From: Torpedo marmorata
Taxonomy: Eukaryota
Direction of reading: 5' to 3'
NCBI GenBank assembly: GCA_977017645.1
Contig: OZ360239.1
Span: forward strand, 43,586,001 to 43,650,000
Length of the DNA stretch: 64,000 nucleotides
The notes under the pieces are model-generated. The model did no database searches. It saw nothing but the letters and a program-made list of their open reading frames with translations, and was not told the origin of the DNA. A program made the translations under genes and the position numbers. Positions 14,563 through 27,100 of this stretch are shown in pieces; positions within the stretch are counted from its first letter, which is position 1; each line of letters starts with the position of its first letter.

Positions 14563-15960
14563 GTTCAAGGTCAAGTTCAAGTTCGAGATTTTGGTCATCT
14601 AATTGTACATATACATATACAACCTGATGTAACAGCACATCTCTGGACCATAGTGCACACACACAGACACACAAATGACATATATACATATTCATCCAAA
14701 ATAAATATATCTAAAAATAATTTACAGGTTTCTAGAATTCTTCAACAGTCCCACCGCCTGTGGGAAGAAGCTGTTTCCCAGCCTGGCAGTCCTGGCTTTT
14801 ATGCTCCTGTACCTCTTCCTTGAAGGTAGTGCCTCAATGATACTGCAGGCTGGATGGTAAAGGTCCTCGATAATTCTCTGAGCCCTCTTTAAGCACCACT
14901 CCCTGTAGATGTCATCGATAGAGGAAAGGGAGACCCCAGTGATCTTCTCAGCAGTTTAAATCACCCTCCATACTGACGTCCAATCTGATGCTTTGCAGCA
15001 ACCATACCACACTATGATGCAGCCAGCCAGGACACTCTCTATTGTGCTCCTGTAGAATGTTGTTAGGATTGTGGCCGGTAGCCTTGACCTCCTCAAACTC
15101 CTTAGGAAGTGTAGGCGCTGCTGCACCTTCCTTACTATTGAGGAGGTGTTATGGATCCAGGATAGGTCGTCCTTTAAATGGACGCCAAGGAACTTTGTGC
15201 TCCCCACTCTCTCTATAACGGAGCCATTGATATGTAGTGGGGAGTGGTCCTTCATCCTTTTAAAGTCGACAATCATCTCCTTTGTCTTGTCCACGTTGGG
15301 ACTCATGTTGTTGCTCTTGCACCACTGTACAAGCCTATCAATCCCTGCCAGTAAGCTGACTCATCATTGTTGCCGACTACCGTTGTGTCATCCACAAACA
15401 TGATTCTATTGGAGCTGAACCTGGCACTACAGTCATGAGTTAGCAGTGTGAACAGTAACAGGCTGAGCAAGCAGCCCTGATGTGCACCAATGCTCAGTGT
15501 GAAGGGGCTTGAGGTTTTGCAGTCAACCCGGACAGACTGTGGTCTTTCAAACAAGAAGTCCAGGATCCAGTTGCAGAGAGGGGTGTTGAGTCCCAGCGAA
15601 GACAATTTATCCACAAGACTCTGAGGTATGATTGTATTGAACGTCGAACTGAAGTCAATGTACAACAGCCTGGCATTTGAGGCATCGTTCTTCAGGTGGG
15701 TCAGGACAGAGTGAAGGGTCAGGGCTATTGCATCGTCTGTGGATCGGTTTGGCCGAAAGGCAAACTGGACTGGGTCGATTGTCACTAGTATGTCCACTTT
15801 GATGTGCTCTATTACCAGTCACTCAAAGCATTTCATGATCGTGGAGATCAATGCCACTGGACAGTAGTCATTTAGTCCAGCTACCATCACTCTCTAGGGC
15901 ACCGGGATGATGGTGGCTGCTTTGAAACCTGTGGGGACAATGGACTGCTGGAGTGAGATA
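14563..15960 (-). mobile_element. Rex1/Babar LINE, RT region
   Basis: [50 protein letters not shown]; NVDKTKEMIVDF..KFLGVH. Confidence 0.88.
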
Positions 15961-18737
15961 GTGAATATGTTTGGCACTTTGGTGGTTGGGTCGGTGTGGT
16001 GGTGAAATCATCACTTCTGGGGCCAAGCACGGGAATTGATTGACTAGTCCTCAGGGATGTGACTGATCTGTATTGCTGGTAGAGGCCCATTGGATATCTG
16101 CAGCAAAGTTAAGATGTTGGAAGCATGCAACAAGTAAAATTTTTGGTTCTGGATTCCAAGGCCATAGACCTTTATGTCTTGCAGAGGCTAGTCTCACCCA
16201 AGATCTTTTTCTGCGTGAGTGATCAATGCTGTGCACAGGCCTCATATGTGTGCCTGATGACATGCTTCCATACTCAAGAGCAATGTACTGTATATCTGGA
16301 GGCCCCACAACAAAGTTAGCAAACCACAAGAAACAAGCACTGAATACCCAATCACATTTACCAATAGGGGTTTCAAGTAAATCCCTTCATGTCATGTGAA
16401 AGAAAATCTAATTTCTTGTCCACAGGCATTCTTGGTCCTATTCACCCAAGTCACAGCATCATTTGGTAGCATAACATCACATTGGAAACCTGGTGAAAAG
16501 GCTGTGATTAGCTTATCAGCACAATGCACAGACTCTTTCCCTCCTCACTAACCACATAATGCAAACAAATTGTTTAAGGTTCTTATTTTATGCACAGTGC
16601 ATTTCCAACCAACACCCTATTCATGCAATGATATAATTAGTTTACAAATCTGTACAGCATCCCTGACCTGCACCTTGCTACTTGATATATATTTTATAAA
16701 GGTTGCACAAAACAGAACCACAGTCAGATACTCAACTACTAGCAATATGGAGCAAAAAACAGGTAATGTAATGTCCTTCAGTTTCATTGAGCAAAGAAAA
16801 ACCAATTAGGGTTGAGGAGTTACCATTAGGAAAGTATATTTAATGAGCATTGTGATATTTCTCTAACAGCTATTCTAACAGAGACACTACCCTATTGAAA
16901 ATGAATGGTTAATTTCCAAAATTTTATCAGTTAAGTTCAAATCATGCATATGAAAATGGTCATTTGGCAAATATTGATTGTTATTACAGAGGTCTTATCA
17001 CCAAGACCATATTTTAAGAACCCTGACATTGTGGAGAATTAGAATTTCAAATGATTATTTTTTAATTTAGTTTATTGTTTAAATAGTGCATTTTGATCTC
17101 GTGGTATTATAGACTTAAAATGGATTTGTTGGTTCACACAGTATAATGGAATTGAATTAACATGAACTGGTGATTAATATTGTTCTTCAATATCTATTTA
17201 TGCCACCATACATATACCTGGCCAACTCACATGAGTAACTAGTAATGTTACTTATTCACACTGTCCAGGTCATAGCCGATACTCAATTTGGCTGTGATGT
17301 GAAAGCAAGTATGCAACTCATTATGATATTTGTGCTTGTGGCATGATATTCAAAGCTTGAGAGAATAGATAAATGCTCAGTGATGAATGTAATCTCAGTG
17401 TAGAAAAAATATTTACTGGAAATGCCAAGATCCAAACGGATGATATTTAAACCAGTAAATAACTACAGAATCACTTCAGCATAAATTATAATGAAGATCA
17501 TGACACACGACTGAAATTGAAGCAACATTTATTCAGGAAGGGATGTATAAAATTATGGCAGACAGGGGTGGACAGGATCATCTTAGGTGAACAGGAAGGA
17601 ACCACATATCTGAGAACTATCCAGGGAACACGGATGTAAGATAATTGGCAGAAGGATGTGGGTGGGGGAGGGGTGAATGAAAAAATCTTTTCCCCAAAGA
17701 ATGCAGGAGGTCTGAAACTTGTAACAGGGAAAAAGATGTGGAGACCAAAACCCTCAGCACATTTGTTTGTAAATGAGAAATTCTATGTTGTAACCTTCAG
17801 ATCTGAAAACTGAGTGTTGGGACCTGGAATAACCAGATTAGGTCCATTTTTGCCTGGCATGGACATGAAGGGCTGAATGTCCCCCTTCTGCACCACAATT
17901 CCATGATTGCTCTGTTGCCAGATGGGCTTGCCTGAAGTGGTGCATAGTTTGGGCAAAATTATTACTGAAGTTAAAGTCCTTAGGATGTAAATTGCAGAAT
18001 TGCTGAGGGTGATTTAGTTGAGCACATTCCTCTTGTAGAGTTCCGTAATGCAACCAAGCTGTTTTGCTGAAGACGTGTCAACACTCCAAGCGATGCCAGG
18101 CCTAGTTTGCATAGGGTAAAATTGCATTTTAATGGAATAATGCATGATTTACAGGATTCAGTTACAACTCCACAAGTATGGGATAGTAATTGAGGGTTTA
18201 TTTGGAACTTAGACCTACATTCTTAAGTAATAGTCAGGATAGTGATGAGGAAATTTGGAACTCATCCTCTCTGAAAACACTCTCAGTACCAGTTTACTTG
18301 TAGCTTCCCAGTTTAGAGACAGAAGTGCAAAATTATATGATGTCCTTCTCAGGGTAATAGCTTCATTTAATTACCCACCCATGTTCTAGTTTTATATCAG
18401 TCACAAGCTGAATGAATAATAAAACCTGACAAACATGAATGACTTACAGTAGATCAATGTCATAAGCTGCTGTGTTTTGAAATATCCCCTTTTGCATGAA
18501 TACTTATGCAAAAACCTGGATTTTATGCATCTTAAGCTTTAGAAGAATACATAACCTGAATAAAGAAGATAATAAATAAAATTCTGTCACCAGAATGTTT
18601 CATCATATCAGAAATGAGACCACACTGTGAAGAACGCAAACCCGAGAAAGTGGATTAATACGCAGTCGACATAGGTGCGAATTTGAAGTGGACCTGCACT
18701 GGTCATCTGCTGCTGGAGAAAGTGCACTAATCACAAA

Positions 18738-19125
18738 CTTTTTTTTGATTATTTTATTTTTTAATTTTTCACAAAAAGATTAACAATATAAACATAATCG
18801 TACAATTTCCAATTGTATACAACATTATTTTTAAAGTTCCCTTCCCTCCCCCCCAACTAAAAAAGAAAAAGAAAACCTAAAAAACAAAACATGCAAAGAA
18901 AAGAAAAGAAAACTAAACGTACCGTTTGTGCTTACATTGCTTTTCCCACCTTTTTGGAGACGTCACACCATTAATTTTTTTTACACATTACATTTTTCCG
19001 TACCTTGGAGCTTGAGTTATAACTGGACCCCAATGTACTCCAGGTATGGTTGCCACACCTTAGCAAATGTATCCACCAATCACAAACTTGACCAGAAAAC
19101 CTCAAAGCACCATTCACGTTAGCAT
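18738..19125 (-). mobile_element. L1-type LINE 3' end
   Basis: Poly-T and TTTATT at the left end; minus strand reads FAKVWQPYLEY, like the FLKIWSPY C-terminus of the L1 at 37138. Confidence 0.6.
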
Positions 19126-19354
19126 ACCTGATATTCTTCTGACATCAGTTATTTAGCCAATGATGTCACTATTCTTCCAGTTCCATTTTCTACAATACCA
19201 GCGTAAACAAAAGTAACTCAAAAGGTGCAACCTATAATTTTGCTCTGTCAGTCAGCGAAGAACTAAAAGCACACCACTGTACTTTCCAGCTATGAACACA
19301 ACTTAAGGGATACTCTGATGGCATTGGCTGACCTGACAGCAGCTTCACACCTCA

Positions 19355-19858
19355 CATTAGATTGAGTACAAAGCTGTGAGAGTCCACAACACAGAGACAC
19401 ACACAGAGTCAGACATCCAGAACTGTTGGAAGACCATCAACTCGGTGAAAGACGCAATTTTGGTCTGTCTGAAACCTGCTGATCTTTCAGCACACGGAGA
19501 TGTCGGTGAGGGAATGCTGCCAACTGGCACGTTCCAGGCTGCAGGAGTACATGCTAAGGGATGCACAGAGGCTGGGTGTAGCCAATGTGAGGGCACTGTG
19601 GGAAATGACCACAGTCTAGAGTCCTGCCATTACTGGGCATTGAGGGCTGAAACCGAGGGGAAGTCCCTCAAACAACAGAGGGGGGAGAAGTGACAAGGTG
19701 CCACAGGGGTGGTAATGGTGTATTTAGAGAACAAATGTAACAATTTGCATTGATGGGAATGTATAGATATGATTGACACTGTGGTTGTGAAAAGACTTTG
19801 AACGGTTTTCTTTTATGCAAATAATTTATTGTGAATAAAGTCTATTTTTGGAGAAAAA
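19355..19858 (+). mobile_element. Tx1-clade L1 3' end
   Basis: HTESDIQNCWKTINSVKDA(frameshift)..LARSRLQEY, Tx1-like ORF2 C-terminus, then AATAAA and an A-rich tail. Confidence 0.65.
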
Positions 19859-19880
19859 TGCTTCTCCAAAAATAGACTTT

Positions 19881-20935
19881 TAGCTTCGGAGGTACCCATT
19901 TCAATGACACTGCTGACAACGACTATCCCTCCTCTCCCTGATTGCTGGTGTGCCCTCCCTCCCTTATCCACCTATTACCTCCTGCCTGTGGGACTGTGCT
20001 CCTCTCCCTGCCCCTCCCCGCACCCCCCCATCATTTTGTTTGGGCGCCTGACTACATTTCAAGTCAAGTCAAATCAAGTCACCTTTATTTGTCGTTCATA
20101 CCATATACACAGTAAAGATGAGATAACTTTTCTCCAGGACCATGAGAAGCAAATTTACATAAATAGCATAATACAATAAAAAATCTATGACATGCTAATA
20201 CACATATATATCTAAAAATTGAGGAGCCTGATGCCTTGGGGGGAAAACTGTTGCACAATCTGGACATGTGAGCCCGAATGCTATGGTACCTCCTTCCAGA
20301 TGGCAGAAGGGAGAAATGTTTACAAGAGGGGTGTGAGAAGTCCTTCACAATGTTATTTGCCTTCCGCATGCATCGTGTGTTGTAGATGTCCGTCATGGTA
20401 GGAAGAGAGACCCCAATAATTTTCTCCGCTGACCCCACTATCCTCTGCAGGGTCTTACGGTCTGAGATGGTACAGTTTCGAAACCAAGAGGTGATGCAAT
20501 TGCTCAGAATACTCTCAATACATCCTCTGTAGAATGTAGTAAGGATGGAGGGTGGAAGATAAACTTTCCTCAGCCTTCACAGGAAGTAGAGGCGCTGCTG
20601 GGCTTTCTTGGCTATGGAACTGGTGTTGAGGGACCAGGTGAGATTCTCCACCAAGTGCACACCAAGAAACTTGGTACTCTTGACGACCTCAACGGTAGAG
20701 CCGTCCATGGTCAGTGGAGTGTGATCCCCCCCGGGCCCTCCTGAAGTCGACAACCAACTCTTTTGTTTTATTCACATTCAGATGCAGGTTGTTGGCTCTG
20801 CACCAGTCCATTAGCGACTGCACCTCATACCTTGATGAAGGGCTCAAGCTCGAAATGTTGGTTATGTATCTTCATCTTTGCTATATAAAGTTTGATCTGC
20901 TGAGTTTCTCCAGCATTGTGCTTTTACTTCAATTA
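19881..20935 (+). mobile_element. Penelope-like 3' UTR fragment split by a Rex1 insertion
   Basis: 19930-20055 and 20828-20935 (CCTTGATGAAGGGCTCAAGCTCGAAATGTTGG) together match the reverse complement of 49076-49330. Confidence 0.65.
20058..20826 (-). mobile_element. Rex1-type LINE 3' part
   Basis: SAEKIIGVSLP...KDFSHPSCKHFSLLPSGRRYHSIRA; (GACTT)n tail. Confidence 0.85.
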
Positions 20936-22394
20936 CAGTGTCATTTTACTAAATGTCACTGCTGACTGTACTACATCACCAGAGGTGTTCTATATGGCAA
21001 TTATCATTCATGTCACCCAGCAAAGAGACTATTTCCATCGATTCCTCAAAGACAACGTAGCATCTTTGGACCTCTCTAATGAATAAAATATTTTCTGGTC
21101 AAAATGTTCCAAAATTAAAACAGAAAATTCTGGGAACACTCAGCATTTCAGGCAACATCTGTGAAAGGAGAAACAGTCAACTTTTCAGGTCTGGGATCCT
21201 CTGCCAGAACAGGGGAGGAGAGTACAATAAGTTAGCTGTTAGTAGGGAAGGATGGACAGAACAAAAGCTTCTGCAATCGAAAGGTGGGGAATGAATGGGT
21301 AGAGCAGAGAAAATATCACTGATCGAGTAAGACCAAATAAGTTAATGGGTTTCAGTAGCAGAATAGATGGTAGTGTAAAGGACCATTAAATCATCTGGTC
21401 TCACCCTATTGTTTTTCCTTTTGTTTAACCTATCTGTCCCTCCCTTCTCTACCACTAAAAGCTAACTTGTTTTCTCTCTTTCCCAAATCTGATGATATGT
21501 CCTGGACCTAAATAGTTAACGGTTTCTCTTTCCATGGATACTGCTTGAACTGCTTAGTGTTTCCAGAATTTTCTGTCATTATTTTGGATTTCCAGCATCT
21601 GCAGTTATCTTTTTGTTTTGTTTTCCAAGGTTATCATCACTGAGACATGTGAAATACTTTGGCTTTAAAAACACACAGAAATGCTTGAGGAACTCAGCTG
21701 GTCTCGCAGCACCCATAGGAGGTAAAGATATATTACTGACTTTTAGGGCCTGAGCCCTTCCTCAAGGAAGAGGTATGGATGAGTATAGATGAGTGGATGA
21801 GTAGTGACATCATTAGATGTCAGAAGAATATCAGGTATGCTAATGTGAATGGTGCTTTGAGGTGCCAAGGTCAAGTTTGCGATTGATGCAGTTGCACCAG
21901 GAGCTGATGACCTGTGCAGTCCACTCCAGATTTGCATCAATGTCGACTGTGAATTAATCCATTTTCTAGGGTATGTATTCTTCACAAGGAAGAAGGGCTC
22001 AGGCCCGAAACGTCAGTACTCTTTACCTCCTATGGACCCTGTGAGACCGGCTGAGTTCCTCCAGCATTTCTGTGTGTTTTTACTATAATCACAGCGTCTG
22101 CAGACTTTCGTGTTTCAATACTTTGGCTTTGTACAATTCTGCCGTTTCTGTAGAATTTAAGGTCACAATGACTGAACTCCTTGCTACAGTATCTCTCCAA
22201 GCAGCTGCACCAAAGTTCTGCTCCCTTGCCCAAGTTACTCCTCACTACTGCATCAGAGAGGTCATGTATTCTGTAACAAACAATGGCAAACAATGGCACT
22301 AGGATTTAAGGAACTGCCGGCTATCCAAGAGTACAGACGGTCAATAACTGATCTCACATGTTCAATGAACTGATCTCACATGCTCCAACAGAGT

Positions 22395-23292
22395 CAGCAA
22401 GTTTGCAGATGACACAACAGTAGTTGGCCTCATCAGCCACAACGATGAGTCACACTACAGAGAAGAGGTGGAAAATCTCGTGATATGGTGCGAGAGTAAC
22501 AACCTGAGTCTCAACAAGGACAAGACAAAGGAGATGTTTGTGGACTTCAGGAGCACGAGGATCGACCACCCTCCACTACACATCAATAACTCTGTAGTGG
22601 AGAACACCAAGTGCCTTGGAGTTCATTTAACTAGTGACCTATCGTGGACACTCAACATCTCCTCACTTGTCAGGAAGTCGCAACGGCGACTGCGCTTCCT
22701 GAGAAGACTGAAGCTGTCAAGGCTACTGGCTGCCATCATGTCAACTTTCTACAGTAGCTCTATCGAGAGCGTCCTGGCCATCCACATCACAGTGTGATAT
22801 GGTTGCTGCAGAGAAGTGGATCGGAAGTCAATCTACAGAATCTTAAGAGTGGCAGAGAGGATCACTGGAGTCTCCCTCCCCCCCACCCCTTCGACATGAT
22901 CTACTGGGATCGTTGTCTGAAGAGGGTGTGCAAAATCACTAAGGACCCCTTCCACCCAACACACAGCATCTTTCAGCTGCTCCCGTCGGGAAGGAGATAC
23001 AAGAGGGTCAAGCCAGCACCATCAGGCTGAGGAACAGCTGCTTCCCACGGGTAGTGAGAATGCTGAACGGCCAAAGAAACTGCACGCACTAACCATCCGA
23101 GACTTTCATATTTGCGAAACAATATTTATTTATTTATTTGTATATATGAATATGTGTCCTGCATATGTATTTTTTGTCAGTACGTGTGTTATTTCTGGGT
23201 ATGTGTCTTCGTATTTTGCACCGAGGACCGGAGAATGCTGCTTCATCAGGTTGTACTTGTGCAATCAAATAACAATACCCTTGACTTGTCTT
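22395..23292 (+). mobile_element. Rex1/Babar LINE 3' part
   Basis: [12 protein letters not shown]...WCESNNLSLNKDKTKEM...DPFHPTHSIFQLLPSGRRY; CTTGACTTG tail. Confidence 0.88.
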
Positions 23293-23424
23293 GACCCACT
23301 ACAAATAACCTGGGCCTTTTCATCAATAGTATTGGTGTCCATTCCTTCAGTTCCTGCACATGCCATCTCTTCAGTGGAAGTATGTTTAGCTGATGTGGAG
23401 AATTTGCCTATCATCACAATCGCT

Positions 23425-23794
23425 CCACAGCAGATGCAATATTGCTGGCTCTCCACTCAGCTCTGGATCACCTCGAAAACAGCAATTCATACATAACGCT
23501 GCTCTTCATCAACTACAGGTTGGCCTTCAATACCATTATTCCCTCAGTGCTGGTCAAGAAGCTACAAACTCTAGGCCTCTGTACCCCTCTCTGCAACTGG
23601 ATCCTTGACTTTCTCATCGGAAGACCACAGTCAGTACGAATTGGAAACAACATCTCCTCCTCACTGATTATCAACACAGGTGCTCCCCAAGGATGCGTGC
23701 TTAGCCCACTGCTCTACTCATTATACACCCATGACTGTGTGGCCAGGCACAATTCCAATGCCATCTACAAGTTTGCCGATGACACCACAGTTAT
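23425..23794 (+). mobile_element. Rex1/Babar LINE, left part (host of the Gypsy insertion)
   Basis: [45 protein letters not shown], cut by the LTR. Confidence 0.9.
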
Positions 23795-24047
23795 TGATAG
23801 GCCTATCAATAACAACTCGAAGACTGTGAGAGCGAGTGAATCATAGGCTTTTATTGGCTAAGAATGGAGCTGAGCTTCCTCCTCGATCAGGTCCGGACTG
23901 AAGGGGGATGGCCGAGATACAGTGGCCTTTATTCAGGTGAGGAAAGGGGAGGGATTACCTGGACACCCAAGGGAGGGGAGGGAGTAGCATCAGTCCGGCC
24001 CGCAGTACCTATACGTACCACCAATACAAGCACAGTGGTTTACCACA
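23795..24047 (-). repeat. 3' LTR (253 bp)
   Basis: Minus strand TGTGGTAAACCAC...TGATAGGCCTATCA; identical by eye to 28241-28493. Confidence 0.97.
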
Positions 24048-24063
24048 TTCACCCCTCCTTTTT
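24048..24063 (-). other. Polypurine tract
   Basis: AAAAAGGAGGGGTGAA immediately before the 3' LTR on the element strand. Confidence 0.9.
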
Positions 24064-24142
24064 AAAAAGAGTCCAGCGGGGTGACGTGACCACTCCATGT
24101 ACACAAAAAAAATATATACATATATACATACAGACCCTCCTT

Positions 24143-27100
24143 TCACAGATCGAGGCGATCCGGCGGCCGAATTTTTCGCTGTGACCTGCGTAATGGCGGG
24201 TCGGGCTGTGGTGCTGGGGAAGATATGAGTGACGGGGGAGGTGGTAGGGTCGTCTGTGCCGTCGCCTCCTGCCTGGCCTCTCGGAACGACTGCGATGCCG
24301 TTGAGGGGGCGGGGTCTAGCACATCGGGTGGGGCGTTAGGAAGAGGTTGCTGCGTGTTCTGTGGTACGTGGACTTGCCCGTCGGAATGCCCAACTGGCGC
24401 CCCATCAGGCGCCAGGTCTCTGATGGAGACGGTGTCTTCTCGTCCATCCGGGAAGACCACGTACGCATACTGGGGGTTGGCGTGCGCCAACTGCACCCTC
24501 TGAACCGTCGGTTCATATTTGCTGCTCCGAAGGTGGTTCCGGAGCAGCACTGGTCCCGGGGACATCAGCCAGGCAGGAAGGGAGGTCCCGGTGGTCGACT
24601 TCCTAGGGAAAGAAAGAAATCGCTCATGAGGAGTTGCGTTGGTGGAAGTGCACAAAAGGGACCGGATAGAGTGGAGGGCTTCGGGGAGAACATCCTGCCA
24701 GCGGGAGACCGGCCAGCCCTTTGACTTAAGGGCTAGGAGCGCGGCCTTCCACACCGTGGCGTTCTCCCTTTCCACCTGACCGTTTCCTCGGGGGTTGTAT
24801 GCTGTTGTCCTGCTAGTGGCGATGCCTCGGTCCTGCAGGTACCGGCGCAGCTCCTCACTCATAAAAGCTGCTCCCCGGTCGCTATGTATGTAGTTTGGAA
24901 ACCCAAACAGCGTGAATACCTGGTGGAGAGCTTTTATGGTTGAGGTAACTGAGGTGTCGGGGCAGGGGATGGCAAAAGGGAACCGCGAGTACTCGTCAAC
25001 AATGTTTAGGAAGTACACGTTGCGGTTTGTGGAGGGGAGGGGCCCCTTGAAGTCAATACTAAGACGTTCAAAGGGGCGCGTGGCTTTGATCAGCTGTGCC
25101 CTGTCCGGGCGGTAGAACTGAGGTTTGCACTCTGCGCAAACACGACAGTCTCTGGTCAAAGCCCTGACCTCTTCCAGGGAATATGGCAGGTTCTGTGCCT
25201 TCACAAAGTGAAAGAGCCTGGTAACTCCTGGGTGACAGAGGAGGTCATGCAGGGCGTGTAATCGGTCGACCTGCGCGCTGGCGCATGATCCCCGGGATAG
25301 AGCGTCTGAGGGCTCATTGAGCTTCCCGGGCCGATAGCAGATGTCGTAGTTATAGGTGGAGAGTTCTATTCTCCACCTCATAATTTTATCATTTTTGATC
25401 TTACCCCGCTGCTGGTTGTTGAACATAAATGCTACCGAGCGTTGGTCGGTCAGCAGGGTAAAACGCTTGCCTGCGAGATAGTGCCTCCAGTGCCTGATCG
25501 CTTCCACAATGGCCTGGGCTTCTTTCTCCACAGCAGAGTGTCGAATTTCGGGGCCTTGGAGGGTGCGCGAGAAGAACGCCACCGGCCTTCCCGCCTGGTT
25601 GAGGGTAGCAGCCAGTGCGAAGTCCGACGCGTCACTCTCCACCTGGAAAGGTGTCTCTTCATCCACCGCGTGCATTGTTGCTCGCGCAATGTCCCCCTTT
25701 ATAAGGTCAAAGGCCTTACGTGCCTCCGAGCCAAGGGGGAAAACGGTGGATTTCACCAGGGGTCGGGCCTTATCTGCATAATTCGGTACCCACTGTGCAT
25801 AATATGAAAAGAACCCGAGGCATCGCTTGAGTGCTTTGGGGGTGGAGGGTAGTGGAAGTTCCAGTAGGGGGCGCATGCGATCGGGGTCTGGCCCAATCAC
25901 CCCGTTCTCTACCACGTACCCCAAAATAGCGAGGCGCGTGGTACCGAACACACATTTATCTTTATTGTATGTTAAGTTAAGTGCTTTAGCCGCCTGCAGG
26001 AACTTCCGGAGGTTGGTGTCGTGATCCTGGCGATCCAGCCCACAGATGGTGATATCGTCCAGGTACGGGAAGGTGGCTTTAAGTTTATACACGTCCACAA
26101 TGTTATTCATCTCCCGCTGGAACACAGAAACACCGTTAGTAACCCCGAACGGGACCCGCAGGAAGTGGAACAGTTTCCCGTCAGCCTCAAACGCAGTGTA
26201 CTGGCGGTCCTCCCGGCGGATAGGGAGCTGATGGTACGCGGACTTCAGGTCAATCGTGGAAAAGACCTTGTACTGGGTGATCTGATTAACCATGTCCGCT
26301 ATCCTTGGTAGCGGGTATGCGTCCAACAAGGTGAACCGGTTAATCGTCTGACTGTAGTCCACCACCATCCTCCTCTTGGCCCCTTTTACCACGACCACCT
26401 GGGCCCTCCAGGGACTATTGCTCTTTTCAATAATCCCCTCTTGTAGTAACCTCTGAACCTCCGCCCTGATAAACGCCCTGTCCTCCGAACTGTATCGCCT
26501 GCTCTTGGTTGCAACAGGCTTACAGTCCGGGGTCAGGTTGGCGAATAGCGACGGAGGCGAGATCTTAAGAGTGGAGAGGCCACAGGTAGTCTGGGGCTCA
26601 TTATTAAGGAACTGGGGGTTGACTACAGTGATCGCAGGGTGGGGACCATCATACCGCATCGTGACACTGCGCAAGTGACTCTGAAAATCAAGCCCCAACA
26701 ATACAGGTGCACATAACCGATTCATTATTAACAAAGAAAAATGTTTGTACTTAGTCCCCTGTACCACAATATCAGCCACACAAGCCCCCCGGATGTCTGT
26801 TGTGTGTGCCCCAGACGCCATGGCCACCTTCTGGCTTACCGGTATAATCGTGAGGCCACAGCGCTGGACAGTGTCCGGGTGGATGAAACTCTCCGTACTG
26901 CCCGTATCGAAGAGACAGGTGGTCTTGTGTCCCTCCACCAGAATGTCCATCATGGATCTTGCTAACTGGTGAGGGATGCTCTGGTCAAGGGTGACTGACG
27001 CAAGAGTTGCGATGTATTCATCGTCTTCTTCTTCCACCGCCGACAAGTATGCATCGTCTTCTTCTTCTTCTTCTTCTTCCACCTCCGACAAAGATGGCCG

